Virus record (IMG/VR): IMGVR_UViG_3300021982_000201
Span: 1 to 55,299 of that record
Source of the DNA: a virus
Taxonomy: Duplodnaviria > Caudoviricetes
DNA: 55,299 nucleotides
Strand: one strand, 5' to 3'
The notes under the pieces are model-generated. The model did no database searches, was not told the DNA's origin, and saw only the letters and a program-made list of their open reading frames with translations. Below are positions 8,232 through 17,114 of this stretch, piece after piece. Position 1 is the stretch's first letter. Each line of letters opens with the position of its first letter. The translations under genes were made by a program, and so were the position numbers.

Positions 8232-9146
8232 ATGAGCAGTAAAATTCTTGGGAACGTCTGGGATGCCTGTGCGGCTCATGATGTTAAAGGCGCGAAGCTG
8301 ATGATCATGGCTCGTCTTGCTGATTATTCAAACGATGATGGCGTGAGCTACCCAAGCGTAGAGACCATTTGTCGCCAGTTGGGCTTAGGGGAAAGCACTG
8401 TGAGAACGGCAATCTCTGAGCTGGAGTCCGCTGGCTGGCTACTTCGTGAGTCCCGGCGTAAGGGGAACCGCAATACTTCCAACCTGTATCACCTGAATGC
8501 CGACCGTCTCGAAGCTCTGGCTCGGATTGAACGCGACAAGGTGACAGCCATGAAACAACAGCGTTGGGCAGAGACTTATTCTCACCCGTCAGATTCTGAA
8601 CCTTCAAAATCTGAACCGTCAGAATCTGGACCTTCAAACGGTTTTCACCCGTCAGATTCTGGCAAAAATGGCGTTTTGACCCGTCAGAATCTGACCCCAG
8701 ATCCACAAGTAAATTCAAAACATGATCCATCAGTAAATTCAAAACATGAATCACAAGATACTGGCGCATCGGCTGACGCCTCTGCACCGGTTCGCTCTGC
8801 AAAGCAGGATTATTCACCTGAGTTCGAAACAGCCTGGGAGTCCTACCCCAAACGCGCCGGTGGCAATTCCAAGGCGGGGGCTTTCAAAGCCTGGAAAGCT
8901 CGCCTGAAAGACGGGGTTAAGCCTGATGACATGCTGGCAGGCGTCAAGCGCTATGCAGCCTATGCCCGCGCAACCGGCAGCGTCGGAACCCAGTTCGTTA
9001 AGCAAGCTGCCACGTTCTTCGGTCCCGATCGCCACTTCGAAGAATCCTGGCAATCGCCATCCGCTCCCGGCGGTGGGCGCCCTGGCGTGCTGCCGGTATC
9101 TGGCTTCAGTGAGCAGAACTATGGCGAATCAAGTTGGGACTGGTAA
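8232..9146 (+). CDS. Phage replication initiator (N-terminal HTH, O-like)
   Basis: LADYSNDDG.SYPSVETI HTH, internal iterons, C-terminal FETAWESYPKR domain; upstream of loader and helicase. Confidence 0.88.
   Translation: MSSKILGNVWDACAAHDVKGAKLMIMARLADYSNDDGVSYPSVETICRQLGLGESTVRTAISELESAGWLLRESRRKGNRNTSNLYHLNADRLEALARIERDKVTAMKQQRWAETYSHPSDSEPSKSEPSESGPSNGFHPSDSGKNGVLTRQNLTPDPQVNSKHDPSVNSKHESQDTGASADASAPVRSAKQDYSPEFETAWESYPKRAGGNSKAGAFKAWKARLKDGVKPDDMLAGVKRYAAYARATGSVGTQFVKQAATFFGPDRHFEESWQSPSAPGGGRPGVLPVSGFSEQNYGESSWDW
8583..8750 (+). repeat. Iteron cluster / probable replication origin inside initiator gene
   Basis: CCGTCAGAWTCTG x4 plus AGTAAATTCAAAACATGA x2. Confidence 0.75.
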
Positions 9147-9161
9147 TTCAGGGGAAATGAC

Positions 9162-10040
9162 ATGTTAAATTTAAACCAACAAAAAGCGCGCCACGACCTG
9201 AAAGCCGATCGGGAGCGCCTTGCAGAAGAATTAAATTTTGCGCTGGAGCACAAACTCCCGTGGGGATACAGCGGCTGGAACTCAGGAAACACCGAGATTA
9301 CCTCCTGTGAAAAGCATGGAGATTTTGAGCGATTCACGCTGGTGGGAAAGGCTTTTCGCGGCGGTGAGAATTTCAAATATTCGCAATGTCCTGCATGCCT
9401 CCGTGCTCAACTGGCAGAGATTGACGCGGAGCTGCGTGCGTTACGCGTCGCTGACCTGATGGACAACGCAGGCATCGCCCGCCGTTTTGAAGAATGCGAA
9501 TTCGAAAACTATCGCCCGGTGAATCAGGGGGCTAGCAAAAATCTGGCCGGCTGCCGCCATTATGCCGAAAACTGGCCGCAGGTATTTGCGACCGGAAAGG
9601 GGCTTGTGATGACCGGCAACTGCGGTACAGGGAAAAACCACCTGGCCATCTCGACAGCGAAAGCCATCATCCGTAACCATCTCGCCAGGGTTGAAATTAC
9701 TGATGTGATGCGCGTTATGCGGGCCGTGAAAAGCACGTGGCGCCATAATTCCGAAACCACAGAAGACGGCGTGCTGGAACACTATGCATCGCTGGACCTG
9801 CTGATTATCGACGAGGTGGGGGTGCAGTTTGGTAGCGCTTCTGAACTGGCCATCCTGCAGGAGATCGTTAACGCCCGTTATGAAAGCGTGTTACCCACCA
9901 TCCTGATCAGCAATTTGACCTTCGAGCAGCTTAAGGACTCCATTGGTGAGCGCATCGTAGACCGGGTAACCAACGGTGGTCGCAATCGCCTGGCGTTCAA
10001 CTGGGAAAGCTTCCGTGGAAACGACGGGGTGCCTGAATGA
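9162..10040 (+). CDS. DnaC/IstB-like ATPase helicase loader
   Basis: Walker A GNCGTGKN, Walker B LLIIDEVG, TILISN, GERIVDR. Confidence 0.92.
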   Translation: MLNLNQQKARHDLKADRERLAEELNFALEHKLPWGYSGWNSGNTEITSCEKHGDFERFTLVGKAFRGGENFKYSQCPACLRAQLAEIDAELRALRVADLMDNAGIARRFEECEFENYRPVNQGASKNLAGCRHYAENWPQVFATGKGLVMTGNCGTGKNHLAISTAKAIIRNHLARVEITDVMRVMRAVKSTWRHNSETTEDGVLEHYASLDLLIIDEVGVQFGSASELAILQEIVNARYESVLPTILISNLTFEQLKDSIGERIVDRVTNGGRNRLAFNWESFRGNDGVPE

Positions 10041-11416
10041 CACCTGTCTGGAAAAATGAAGATCTGGAAGGAGCGGTTATCGGCGCCTTATTTTTGCGCG
10101 GTGCTGACCCTGAGGTACTGGATATCCTTTCCCGGCTGCCGGCGAGTACGTTCTCGGTGCGTCAGTATCGTGAAATCTATACCGGCATCTGTCGGCAAGC
10201 CCGCGGTGGAGGAGTTATTGATCCGCTGCTGCTCTGTGAGTCTCTGCCAGCGCTTCAGACCACCATTCTGGAGGCCACCCGCGTTAGTTGGGCGAAATCG
10301 GCCTTGGTCTCTTACATCGACGTTCTGCGTCGCAATGCCGGTGTCCGTGATGCAGAGGCCGCACTGGAAAAGGTGCTAAACCAGATTAAGAGTGCCAGCA
10401 ATGGTGATGCTGCGCTGGCTGCCCTGGAGTCCGTAAAACAGGTGGTTTCAGCCATCGATATTTCTGCAGATACTGTGCAGCCTGTCCATATTTCCGATCT
10501 GCTCACCGCCGTGGCTGACGAGGTAGAGTCCCGCAGCCAGGGGAGGGAGGAAACCCGTAGCCTGCTTACTGGCATTGAGGAGCTTGACGAGAAGACGGGT
10601 GGCATTGAATCTACGGATCTGGTGTTTATCGCGGCGCGTCCCTCGATGGGCAAAACAGAGCTGGCGCTGGATATTATCGAGAAGGTCTCTGCACAGGGGC
10701 ATGGTGTTCTGTTTTTCAGCATGGAGATGTCCGACACGCAGATCGCCAAACGCATGGTTTCTGCCGCTGGCGGTATGCCTGTATCCAGACTGAAGGCAGT
10801 CGAAAAGTTTGAGGATGAAGACTGGGCGCGATTCTTTAACGGCATGGAGCAACTGGTTAACCGCAGCGTTTGGATCACCGACGCAACTAACCTCAATATC
10901 GACCAGATTGAACAAACCGCAACCCGCTATAAGCTGGAGCATCCAGAAATTGCCCTGGTGGTCATCGACTATCTGGCGCTGATCAAAATTCAGAGCACGG
11001 CCCGCTACGACCTGGCTGTGGGGGAGCTGTCGAAGGGGTTGAAACGTCTCGCCAAAACCAACAAAACGCCAGTTATCGCCCTGAGTCAGTTATCCCGCGG
11101 GGTAGAATCTCGCCCCAACAAGCGCCCGATGAACTCTGACCTGAAGAACTCCGGGGAGATTGAGGCGGATGCTGACCTAATCCTGATGCTGTATCGCGAT
11201 GAAGTTTACGACCCGGAATCAGCCGCAAAGGGCGTAGCTGAAATCAACGTGACAAAACAACGCAACGGCGAACTGGGGACAATTTATCGCCGGTTCTATA
11301 ACGGGCATTTCCTGCCGATCGACCAGGAGGAAGCCCGCCAGCGCTCAACCCCCAAACCTAAACCGCAGCAACGTCGCTATACCAGAGGGAGCCAGGCAAA
11401 TAATGCAGATTTTTAA
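10037..11416 (+). CDS. dnaB: Phage replicative DNA helicase, DnaB family
   Basis: AARPSMGKT, VVIDYL, LSQLSR, SDLKNSGEIEADAD, KQRNG. Confidence 0.95.
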   Translation: MTPVWKNEDLEGAVIGALFLRGADPEVLDILSRLPASTFSVRQYREIYTGICRQARGGGVIDPLLLCESLPALQTTILEATRVSWAKSALVSYIDVLRRNAGVRDAEAALEKVLNQIKSASNGDAALAALESVKQVVSAIDISADTVQPVHISDLLTAVADEVESRSQGREETRSLLTGIEELDEKTGGIESTDLVFIAARPSMGKTELALDIIEKVSAQGHGVLFFSMEMSDTQIAKRMVSAAGGMPVSRLKAVEKFEDEDWARFFNGMEQLVNRSVWITDATNLNIDQIEQTATRYKLEHPEIALVVIDYLALIKIQSTARYDLAVGELSKGLKRLAKTNKTPVIALSQLSRGVESRPNKRPMNSDLKNSGEIEADADLILMLYRDEVYDPESAAKGVAEINVTKQRNGELGTIYRRFYNGHFLPIDQEEARQRSTPKPKPQQRRYTRGSQANNADF

Positions 11417-11771
11417 CATCACCCCAATGGGCAAGCCCCGACAAACCCGCGCCGACAAATGGAAACAACGAGAAGTAGTGCTTCGTTACCGGGCGTTCTG
11501 TGATGAGGTCAGGCTGAAGAAGGTCGTTATGCCAGAGGCGGGAAGTCACATTACCTTCATCCTGCCGATGCCGGCGAGCTGGAGCCAGAAAAAACGCGTA
11601 GCAATGAATGGTCAGGCTCATCAGCAAAAGCCAGATGCCGACAACATGATTAAAGCGTTGATGGATGCACTGTTTGCTGACGACGCGCATATCTGGGACT
11701 TTCGGGTAACAAAGCTCTGGGGTGAGACCGGACAAATTTTAATTTCTGATATCGGAGAAGTGGCCGCATGA
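11403..11771 (+). CDS. rusA: RusA-family Holliday junction resolvase
   Basis: KPDADNMIKALMDAL..DD motif. Confidence 0.9.
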   Translation: MQIFNITPMGKPRQTRADKWKQREVVLRYRAFCDEVRLKKVVMPEAGSHITFILPMPASWSQKKRVAMNGQAHQQKPDADNMIKALMDALFADDAHIWDFRVTKLWGETGQILISDIGEVAA

Positions 11772-12583
11772 AACTGGAAGCCTCCTTAAAACACTTCAGC
11801 CCACAAGGCATGCATATCAGCGACGACGTGAAAAGCACTTCGCCGAATCGCCTGAATGGCACAGACGTTATGACCGGGATCGGGGTGACCAGCAGCCGGG
11901 CACGGTTCGGGCTGGCGGCGTTCTTCGGTAAGGCTGGCATCAGTAGAACCGATGAGCAACTGGCCGTTCAGGCGCTGGCGCGACATGCCCTTGATACAGC
12001 ACCTAAAAACGTGCGGAAGGCCGCGGGTAAAGCGCTGGGGCGCTGCTGCCTGATTCTGGCGCAGTTTGCCTTTGCGGAGTATTCCCGTTCAGCGGAAACC
12101 ACGGGGGGCTGCAGGGTATGCCATGGCTCTGGCAAGATTGAAACCACTACCACAGATCGCAAAGTCACGTATCCGTGGGGCAAAGCGCCATATTGGGCGA
12201 AAAGGTCACGCGCTGTTCGTCCGTCCGACTGGGAGAAGTGGACCGAAGTAACAACCATCGTCAACGGTAAATGTGAAGCCTGTGACGGCAAGGGGAAGGT
12301 AAACGCCCGCTGTCGCTGCGGAGGCTCCGGCCAGGTACTGGACCGCAAAGCGACCAAAGAGCAGGGAGCGCCGGTATATAAAACCTGTGAGCGCTGTTCG
12401 GGGAATGGTTTCACCAGCGTCAAGTCAGCGAACGCACACCGGGCGATCCAGATGTACATACCTGATTTACATCAGTCCTCATGGTCACGCAACTGGAAGC
12501 CGTTTTATGAAGGGCTGGTGGATATGCTTCACAAAGGCGAGAGGCAGGCTGCTGCAGAATTCGAGAAGGCGACCAGTTACTGA
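11768..12583 (+). CDS. Late antiterminator Q-like protein
   Basis: MKLEASLKHFSPQG, multiple CxxCxGxG motifs, WSRNWKPFYE; position before late promoter. Confidence 0.88.
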   Translation: MKLEASLKHFSPQGMHISDDVKSTSPNRLNGTDVMTGIGVTSSRARFGLAAFFGKAGISRTDEQLAVQALARHALDTAPKNVRKAAGKALGRCCLILAQFAFAEYSRSAETTGGCRVCHGSGKIETTTTDRKVTYPWGKAPYWAKRSRAVRPSDWEKWTEVTTIVNGKCEACDGKGKVNARCRCGGSGQVLDRKATKEQGAPVYKTCERCSGNGFTSVKSANAHRAIQMYIPDLHQSSWSRNWKPFYEGLVDMLHKGERQAAAEFEKATSY

Positions 12584-12624
12584 AGCGATCAAAGCATATA
12601 GCGGCAAATTTTTGCACGATAGAG

Positions 12625-12654
12625 TTGACTTTGCATAAAAGTGTCCTGTATGCT
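12625..12654 (+). promoter_or_regulatory. Late promoter, pR'-like
   Basis: TTGACT-18bp-TATGCT directly after Q. Confidence 0.6.
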
Positions 12655-12694
12655 TCTAATCATGGATACTTACATCCAAATGAAACTGATTACT

Positions 12695-12719
12695 AACCCT
12701 GCCACCCGGCGGGGTTTTT
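12695..12719 (+). terminator. tR'-like terminator
   Basis: AACCCTGCC/GGCGGGGTT hairpin plus T run shortly after pR'. Confidence 0.6.
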
Positions 12720-12735
12720 GCTTTTTGGGGGAGCC

Positions 12736-13056
12736 ATGAAAATTTACGCATGCCACTTTCACCCGAAAGGCTTTTTCCTGACGTGTGATCATCAGGCTGA
12801 CTTCTGGGTACTTTTAAGCCGAGCAGTAGGTTGGGGACGTTTCTCAATGATTCGCCCCGATCAGGAATTCACAGAGTCTGCAGGAATTTTTCAATTGACT
12901 GAATTACGGCCTGCGGATGCAGAACCGCCGGAGTCAGTAATTGAAGCGTCAAATGTTTTATGGCGTCTGCCGGAAGCTCTCGAAGTTTTGAAATCAGTCC
13001 CTTCCGCTGCTCTTCAGGAATGTTTGCAACACGGATTATGTCTTCCAGGGCAATGA
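12736..13056 (+). CDS. Hypothetical protein (MKIYACHFHPKGFF...)
   Basis: GGAG RBS; overlaps the antisense moron by 188 nt. Confidence 0.4.
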   Translation: MKIYACHFHPKGFFLTCDHQADFWVLLSRAVGWGRFSMIRPDQEFTESAGIFQLTELRPADAEPPESVIEASNVLWRLPEALEVLKSVPSAALQECLQHGLCLPGQ

Positions 13057-13366
13057 TCGTGCTGTCGTGCAGCTTAACTGTTTGCACATTCAGAATAGCG
13101 CCCAGGCCGCCATCGTCGCGGATGAAATCAATTCCGCGGTGAGTAATAGTGGGTCTGTTTACCATGACGTACTCACCAGAACTAGATTTGAGTCCACTCA
13201 CAATAAGTTGGTGCTGGTGGAGATAAAGCAGGTTTGCTGTAAGGCTGTCCGCATCGGGGTACAGGCACTCTATTTCATACATCTGTACACTGGTTAGTTC
13301 ATTTGGATATACGGCATAAAGTAGCTGCAGTGTTTCTCGCTGGATGGTTCGGTCGAATTTATCCAT
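12869..13366 (-). CDS. Moron, hypothetical protein with probable N-terminal winged helix
   Basis: 165 aa; NLLYLHQHQLI...ITHRGIDFI pattern typical of wHTH. Confidence 0.75.
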   Translation of the reverse strand: MDKFDRTIQRETLQLLYAVYPNELTSVQMYEIECLYPDADSLTANLLYLHQHQLIVSGLKSSSGEYVMVNRPTITHRGIDFIRDDGGLGAILNVQTVKLHDSTIIALEDIIRVANIPEEQRKGLISKLRELPADAIKHLTLQLLTPAVLHPQAVIQSIEKFLQTL

Positions 13367-13463
13367 TTTGATTTATCAGCCTGGGGTATTTGCAATGAAG
13401 AAAGCCAAAATGCTGGCGTCGATTACCGCAGATACCAGCAGGATTGAAAGGAAGATTTCGGCG

Positions 13464-13667
13464 TTACTTGAAGTGCTTCCCGAGCATATCCCGGACGAGA
13501 TTCTCGGCATATTTTCTCGACTGACTAACGAGGTCATTCTTGTGAATGGTTCGGTCACAGTTGCTACAGACGGCTCCTTCAATGTCGTCCATGCTATGGA
13601 TTTCGACACCACTGCGTACGACGAGGTCATGTCCGCAGCCAGGGCATTTAAATTTAATCTTGCTCAT
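13464..13667 (-). CDS. Small Zn-ribbon protein, copy 1
   Basis: KFKCPGCG...CSNC, 67 aa. Confidence 0.75.
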   Translation of the reverse strand: MSKIKFKCPGCGHDLVVRSGVEIHSMDDIEGAVCSNCDRTIHKNDLVSQSRKYAENLVRDMLGKHFK

Positions 13668-13789
13668 GAGTGAGTTTCCTTATCGGTATTGTGGTCTTCG
13701 CAAATCAACAATATCAGACAGGGAAATATGCCGCCAGTCAGCGGCAACCATTCACAAGCTTCGCGTTCGCGTAGCCTTTTTCAGCTGAA

Positions 13790-13999
13790 TCACGAATGGT
13801 TACTTTGCTCACCGAAAATAATACCAATTCGCTTTGTAACATTGCTCTGAATCTGTCGCGTGATTTCTTCTTTGCTGATAAGTGCTTTACAGCCTGGACA
13901 GTACGTATTTTTAATTTTATCAATTGTTTCTTCGTGCAGAATGTCGCTAAAAGTCAGCGTCTGTCCGCAACTGGGGCATTTGAACTTAACTCTATCCAT
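13790..13999 (-). CDS. Small Zn-ribbon protein, copy 2
   Basis: KFKCPSCG...CPGC, 69 aa from MDRVKF. Confidence 0.75.
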   Translation of the reverse strand: MDRVKFKCPSCGQTLTFSDILHEETIDKIKNTYCPGCKALISKEEITRQIQSNVTKRIGIIFGEQSNHS

Positions 14000-14166
14000 A
14001 GGTGTATATCCCTTCAAATTTTGTGACTTATATTCTTGCACAATATCACAAGGAGTAATACGTCGCTAATCAGCGGCAACTGAAGACGTGCAAATGATCG
14101 TGAATCAGAGGACCGCACCCGGGAAGTGCGTGTTGAAAATACGATAACATTGGTGCTAGATTTTAG

Positions 14167-14287
14167 GTGTGGTGAATCCCCCTATGCGGAGGGGCGGAAA
14201 CAGCTTCAATGGAATCTTCATGATTCACTCGGACCGCAAGTCATGGTGGCTGACCAAAGGCTTACCGGGAGGCACCCGGCACCACAC
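14167..14287 (+). ncRNA. Candidate structured RNA in the late leader
   Basis: Terminal helix GTGTGGTG/CACCACAC enclosing CCCCT/AGGGG and CCGGG/CCCGG hairpins. Confidence 0.5.
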
Positions 14288-14418
14288 TCCATGTTTTTCT
14301 TGTTTTACGTACTATACTTTTTGTGTGGTTGCACCGTTTCGCTAAATCCTGAAATAACGTGCATAAGACGTTGTGGCAGAGCTGGCGGTGTAACCTCCAC
14401 TGAACAAACTACCATTTT

Positions 14419-14447
14419 GCCCACTTCGACGAGTGGGCTTTTTTTTT
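14419..14447 (+). terminator. Intrinsic terminator
   Basis: GCCCACT/AGTGGGC stem plus T9. Confidence 0.8.
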
Positions 14448-14689
14448 GCTCAGACATATAAAGGCCGCGCATTTGTTCGGCCTTTTCTATTTGTGCCGCC
14501 AGAACGTCACTCACTCACTCTGTGTGTTGTCGTAAATCCATCTGGCGGCCATTCATACAGGCCCACTGTCTGACGGGCTCATAACCCAATCCGGGCAGGT
14601 TAAAGAGCGTGGGATTCCTAACCCCGCAATCGCTAACAGGGCCGCCTATTCCTTTCATCAGCGCCATCCGTAACCACGGAGGTGAGGCT

Positions 14690-14959
14690 ATGACCAAAAT
14701 GAGCACCATTTACAGCAGACTCTCATACGGCACCGGGACCGCGCTGACGGGCTGCGGTGTCTCAGCAAAGGCTTATGCCGATGTAGCAAAAACAGAGGTA
14801 TGGATTTTGGCCGACAAAGTGGCGGGAATGAGCCTGAGTGACTGGGCGATCGTTGTCGGTATAGCGTGCACTGTTATTACCTGCGGCGTGAACTGGTATT
14901 ACCGGCGTAAAGAGCGGGAGGATCGGCTGAATGGCTATGTCACCAAAGCTGAGGAATAG
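14690..14959 (+). CDS. Holin (class II-like, dual-start MTKM)
   Basis: Hydrophobic segment, VNWYYRRKE charged tail, M-T-K-M start, precedes endolysin. Confidence 0.85.
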   Translation: MTKMSTIYSRLSYGTGTALTGCGVSAKAYADVAKTEVWILADKVAGMSLSDWAIVVGIACTVITCGVNWYYRRKEREDRLNGYVTKAEE

Positions 14960-15503
14960 CGTTATTGCTGCCGTTGGCGGTGGAGCAATTGCCATTGCGT
15001 CAGCACTCATCACCGGGCCGACCGGTAACGATGGTCTGGAGGGTGTGAGATACAACCCTTATCAGGACGTGGTGGGTGTCTGGACTGTCTGCTATGGCCA
15101 CACCGGCAAAGACATCATGCTCGGCAAGAAGTACACCGAGGCTGAATGCCGCGCACTGCTCAATAAAGACCTGAACAGCGTTGCCCGTCAGATCAACCCT
15201 TATATCAAGAAGCCGATCCCTGAAACGATGCGAGGTGCGCTGTACTCGTTCGCGTATAACGTTGGCGCTGGCAACTTCCAGACTTCTACACTGCTGCGAA
15301 AAATCAACCAGGGTGACCAGAAAGGTGCATGTGACCAATTGCGCCGTTGGACTTATGCCGGCGGTAAAGAATGGAAGGGCCTGGTAACGCGTCGCGAGAT
15401 TGAGCGCGAGGTGTGTTTGTGGGGCGAGAAACCTAAAAAGGCTGATGATGGCTTTGGGCCATTAAATCCCGGCGTACCTCCATCTGCTCCGGGAGTGTTC
15501 TGA
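14931..15503 (+). CDS. SAR endolysin, GH24 lysozyme (phage 21 R-like)
   Basis: Gly/Ala-rich N-terminal anchor, catalytic E-8x-D-5x-T (LEG..YQD..WT). Confidence 0.93.
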   Translation: MAMSPKLRNSVIAAVGGGAIAIASALITGPTGNDGLEGVRYNPYQDVVGVWTVCYGHTGKDIMLGKKYTEAECRALLNKDLNSVARQINPYIKKPIPETMRGALYSFAYNVGAGNFQTSTLLRKINQGDQKGACDQLRRWTYAGGKEWKGLVTRREIEREVCLWGEKPKKADDGFGPLNPGVPPSAPGVF

Positions 15504-15853
15504 TGAGCCGCTTAACCGCCATTATCAGTGCGGTGGTTATCCTGCTGCTTTCCTGCATTTTCTCATGGCGTTCTGGCTGGAATTCTCACGCTGACCATAT
15601 CAACGCCCTGGCGGCGAAGAAAAAAGAGAAAGCCGAAAAGGTTATCCAGCCAGTAGAGCAAAAGGCCGCTGCCGCTACAGAAGAGGGCAAGGTCATCTAC
15701 CGAACCATAACCCGCGACGTGGTGAAATATGTCCAGTCTCCGAATCGTACTGTGTGCAGGTTTGACGATGATGCTGTGCAGCTGCGCCAGCGAGCTATCG
15801 ACGCTGCCAACGCCATCCCCGGATTTGATGAGCCCGCCTTGCAAGGCAAGTGA
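15503..15853 (+). CDS. Inner-membrane spanin (Rz-like)
   Basis: N-terminal TM plus periplasmic helical region after endolysin. Confidence 0.75.
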   Translation: MSRLTAIISAVVILLLSCIFSWRSGWNSHADHINALAAKKKEKAEKVIQPVEQKAAAATEEGKVIYRTITRDVVKYVQSPNRTVCRFDDDAVQLRQRAIDAANAIPGFDEPALQGK

Positions 15854-15971
15854 CGCCGGTAAGGACAGCGACGAAGACCTGCAGGCTGATATCGAAACCG
15901 TTCAGTGTCTGCGCCAACTGCGGTTAGATAAATATCGCTGGCAGGCGTATTACCGGGCTGTGAGCCAGTAG
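15729..15971 (+). CDS. Outer-membrane spanin lipoprotein (Rz1-like), overlapped
   Basis: Signal peptide with lipobox LCSC followed by Pro-rich stretch, in alternate frame of the i-spanin. Confidence 0.75.
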   Translation: MSSLRIVLCAGLTMMLCSCASELSTLPTPSPDLMSPPCKASDAGKDSDEDLQADIETVQCLRQLRLDKYRWQAYYRAVSQ

Positions 15972-16014
15972 CAGGACTACATCCGCACGCAGTGCCTGAA
16001 ATAAAGGAGTTAGC

Positions 16015-16278
16015 ATGCTGCTGATTTCACATTCTATAGCGGGAAGAAGCCAGTACCCAAAGCCCAAACAGGACAGCCCCATGAATATGCACGCTAATTT
16101 CGGTCAACTTTCCGTGGCGCTAAAAGCAAAAATGCCAACGGCCAACGAACTTTTTTCCATCGTAAAGCAGGTTGAAGATGAAATGGCTGGCAAGCCGCTC
16201 AATGCCGAAACAGCCTACACCTTCGTAGAAGAGGTAAAAAAGCGAGTGGCTGATCTAATTGTTATTGAAATTGACTGA
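16015..16278 (+). CDS. Hypothetical protein
   Basis: AAGGAG RBS, 87 aa, between lysis and packaging genes. Confidence 0.55.
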   Translation: MLLISHSIAGRSQYPKPKQDSPMNMHANFGQLSVALKAKMPTANELFSIVKQVEDEMAGKPLNAETAYTFVEEVKKRVADLIVIEID

Positions 16279-16337
16279 CGGCATTACAGGAGCTCTTCTC
16301 CGAGGGGCTTCGATAATGTCTACGTGAGGGAATAATC

Positions 16338-17114
16338 ATGGCAACACCGGACTGGGAGGCCATCGAGTCGGCATACCGGGCCGGAGTCCTTAGTCTCCGT
16401 GATATAGGCGAGCAATACGGCGTAACTGAAGGGGCCATCAGGAAGAGAGCCAAGAAGTTCGGGTGGGTACGCAAGGCCAGTACGCAGGTACGCAAAAATG
16501 GTACGCAAAGTGGTACGCAAAAGAGCAAGACGCGTACCAGCGAAAAGCCTGCCAGCGCTGGCCGTACGCATAAAAGTACGCAACCAAAAGCCGAACCTCC
16601 ACCAGATACGAAACCGATACGCGGGGTGCGTACCGATCCTCCGACTAACCCATTCCAGCGCGGGAATCAGGAAGCGGTAAAGCACGGCGGCTATGCACGT
16701 CGAATGCTTTTTAAAGATGACGTCATTGAAGATGCAAGGGTATTGCAACTGGAGGATGAGCTATTTCGACTCCGGGCAAATAACCTGACAGCTGCCGAGA
16801 ATATTGGCCGCTGGTTAACGCTGATGGAAGATGCTGAAAGTGATGAGGCACGGGATAAGTTGGCAGCGCTTATGGTTGCCGCTGACAAAGCAATGATGCG
16901 TAACACCGTACGTATTGAGTCCATCGTGGGAACTCTTGCCACGGTCGGGAAAATATTTGCTGATACTGATTACCGCAAAGCCGCCACTGACAAGGTATCA
17001 CTGGAGGCAGATCGCTTGCGCCGTGATGCTGGCATAGATGATGGTAACGGAGAGCGTGACCTCAATGACTTCTACTCTGACATCCAAACCGACGCTGAAT
17101 CCGGTTCTGCGTAG
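16338..17114 (+). CDS. terS: Terminase small subunit
   Basis: PDWEAIESAYRAG HTH, GNQEAVKHGGY motif, directly before terL. Confidence 0.88.
   Translation: MATPDWEAIESAYRAGVLSLRDIGEQYGVTEGAIRKRAKKFGWVRKASTQVRKNGTQSGTQKSKTRTSEKPASAGRTHKSTQPKAEPPPDTKPIRGVRTDPPTNPFQRGNQEAVKHGGYARRMLFKDDVIEDARVLQLEDELFRLRANNLTAAENIGRWLTLMEDAESDEARDKLAALMVAADKAMMRNTVRIESIVGTLATVGKIFADTDYRKAATDKVSLEADRLRRDAGIDDGNGERDLNDFYSDIQTDAESGSA

Noticed and set aside
9150-9172. ATGTTAAAT as a second XerD arm
   Set aside because: It is the start codon region of the loader gene; no XerC arm at the correct spacing.
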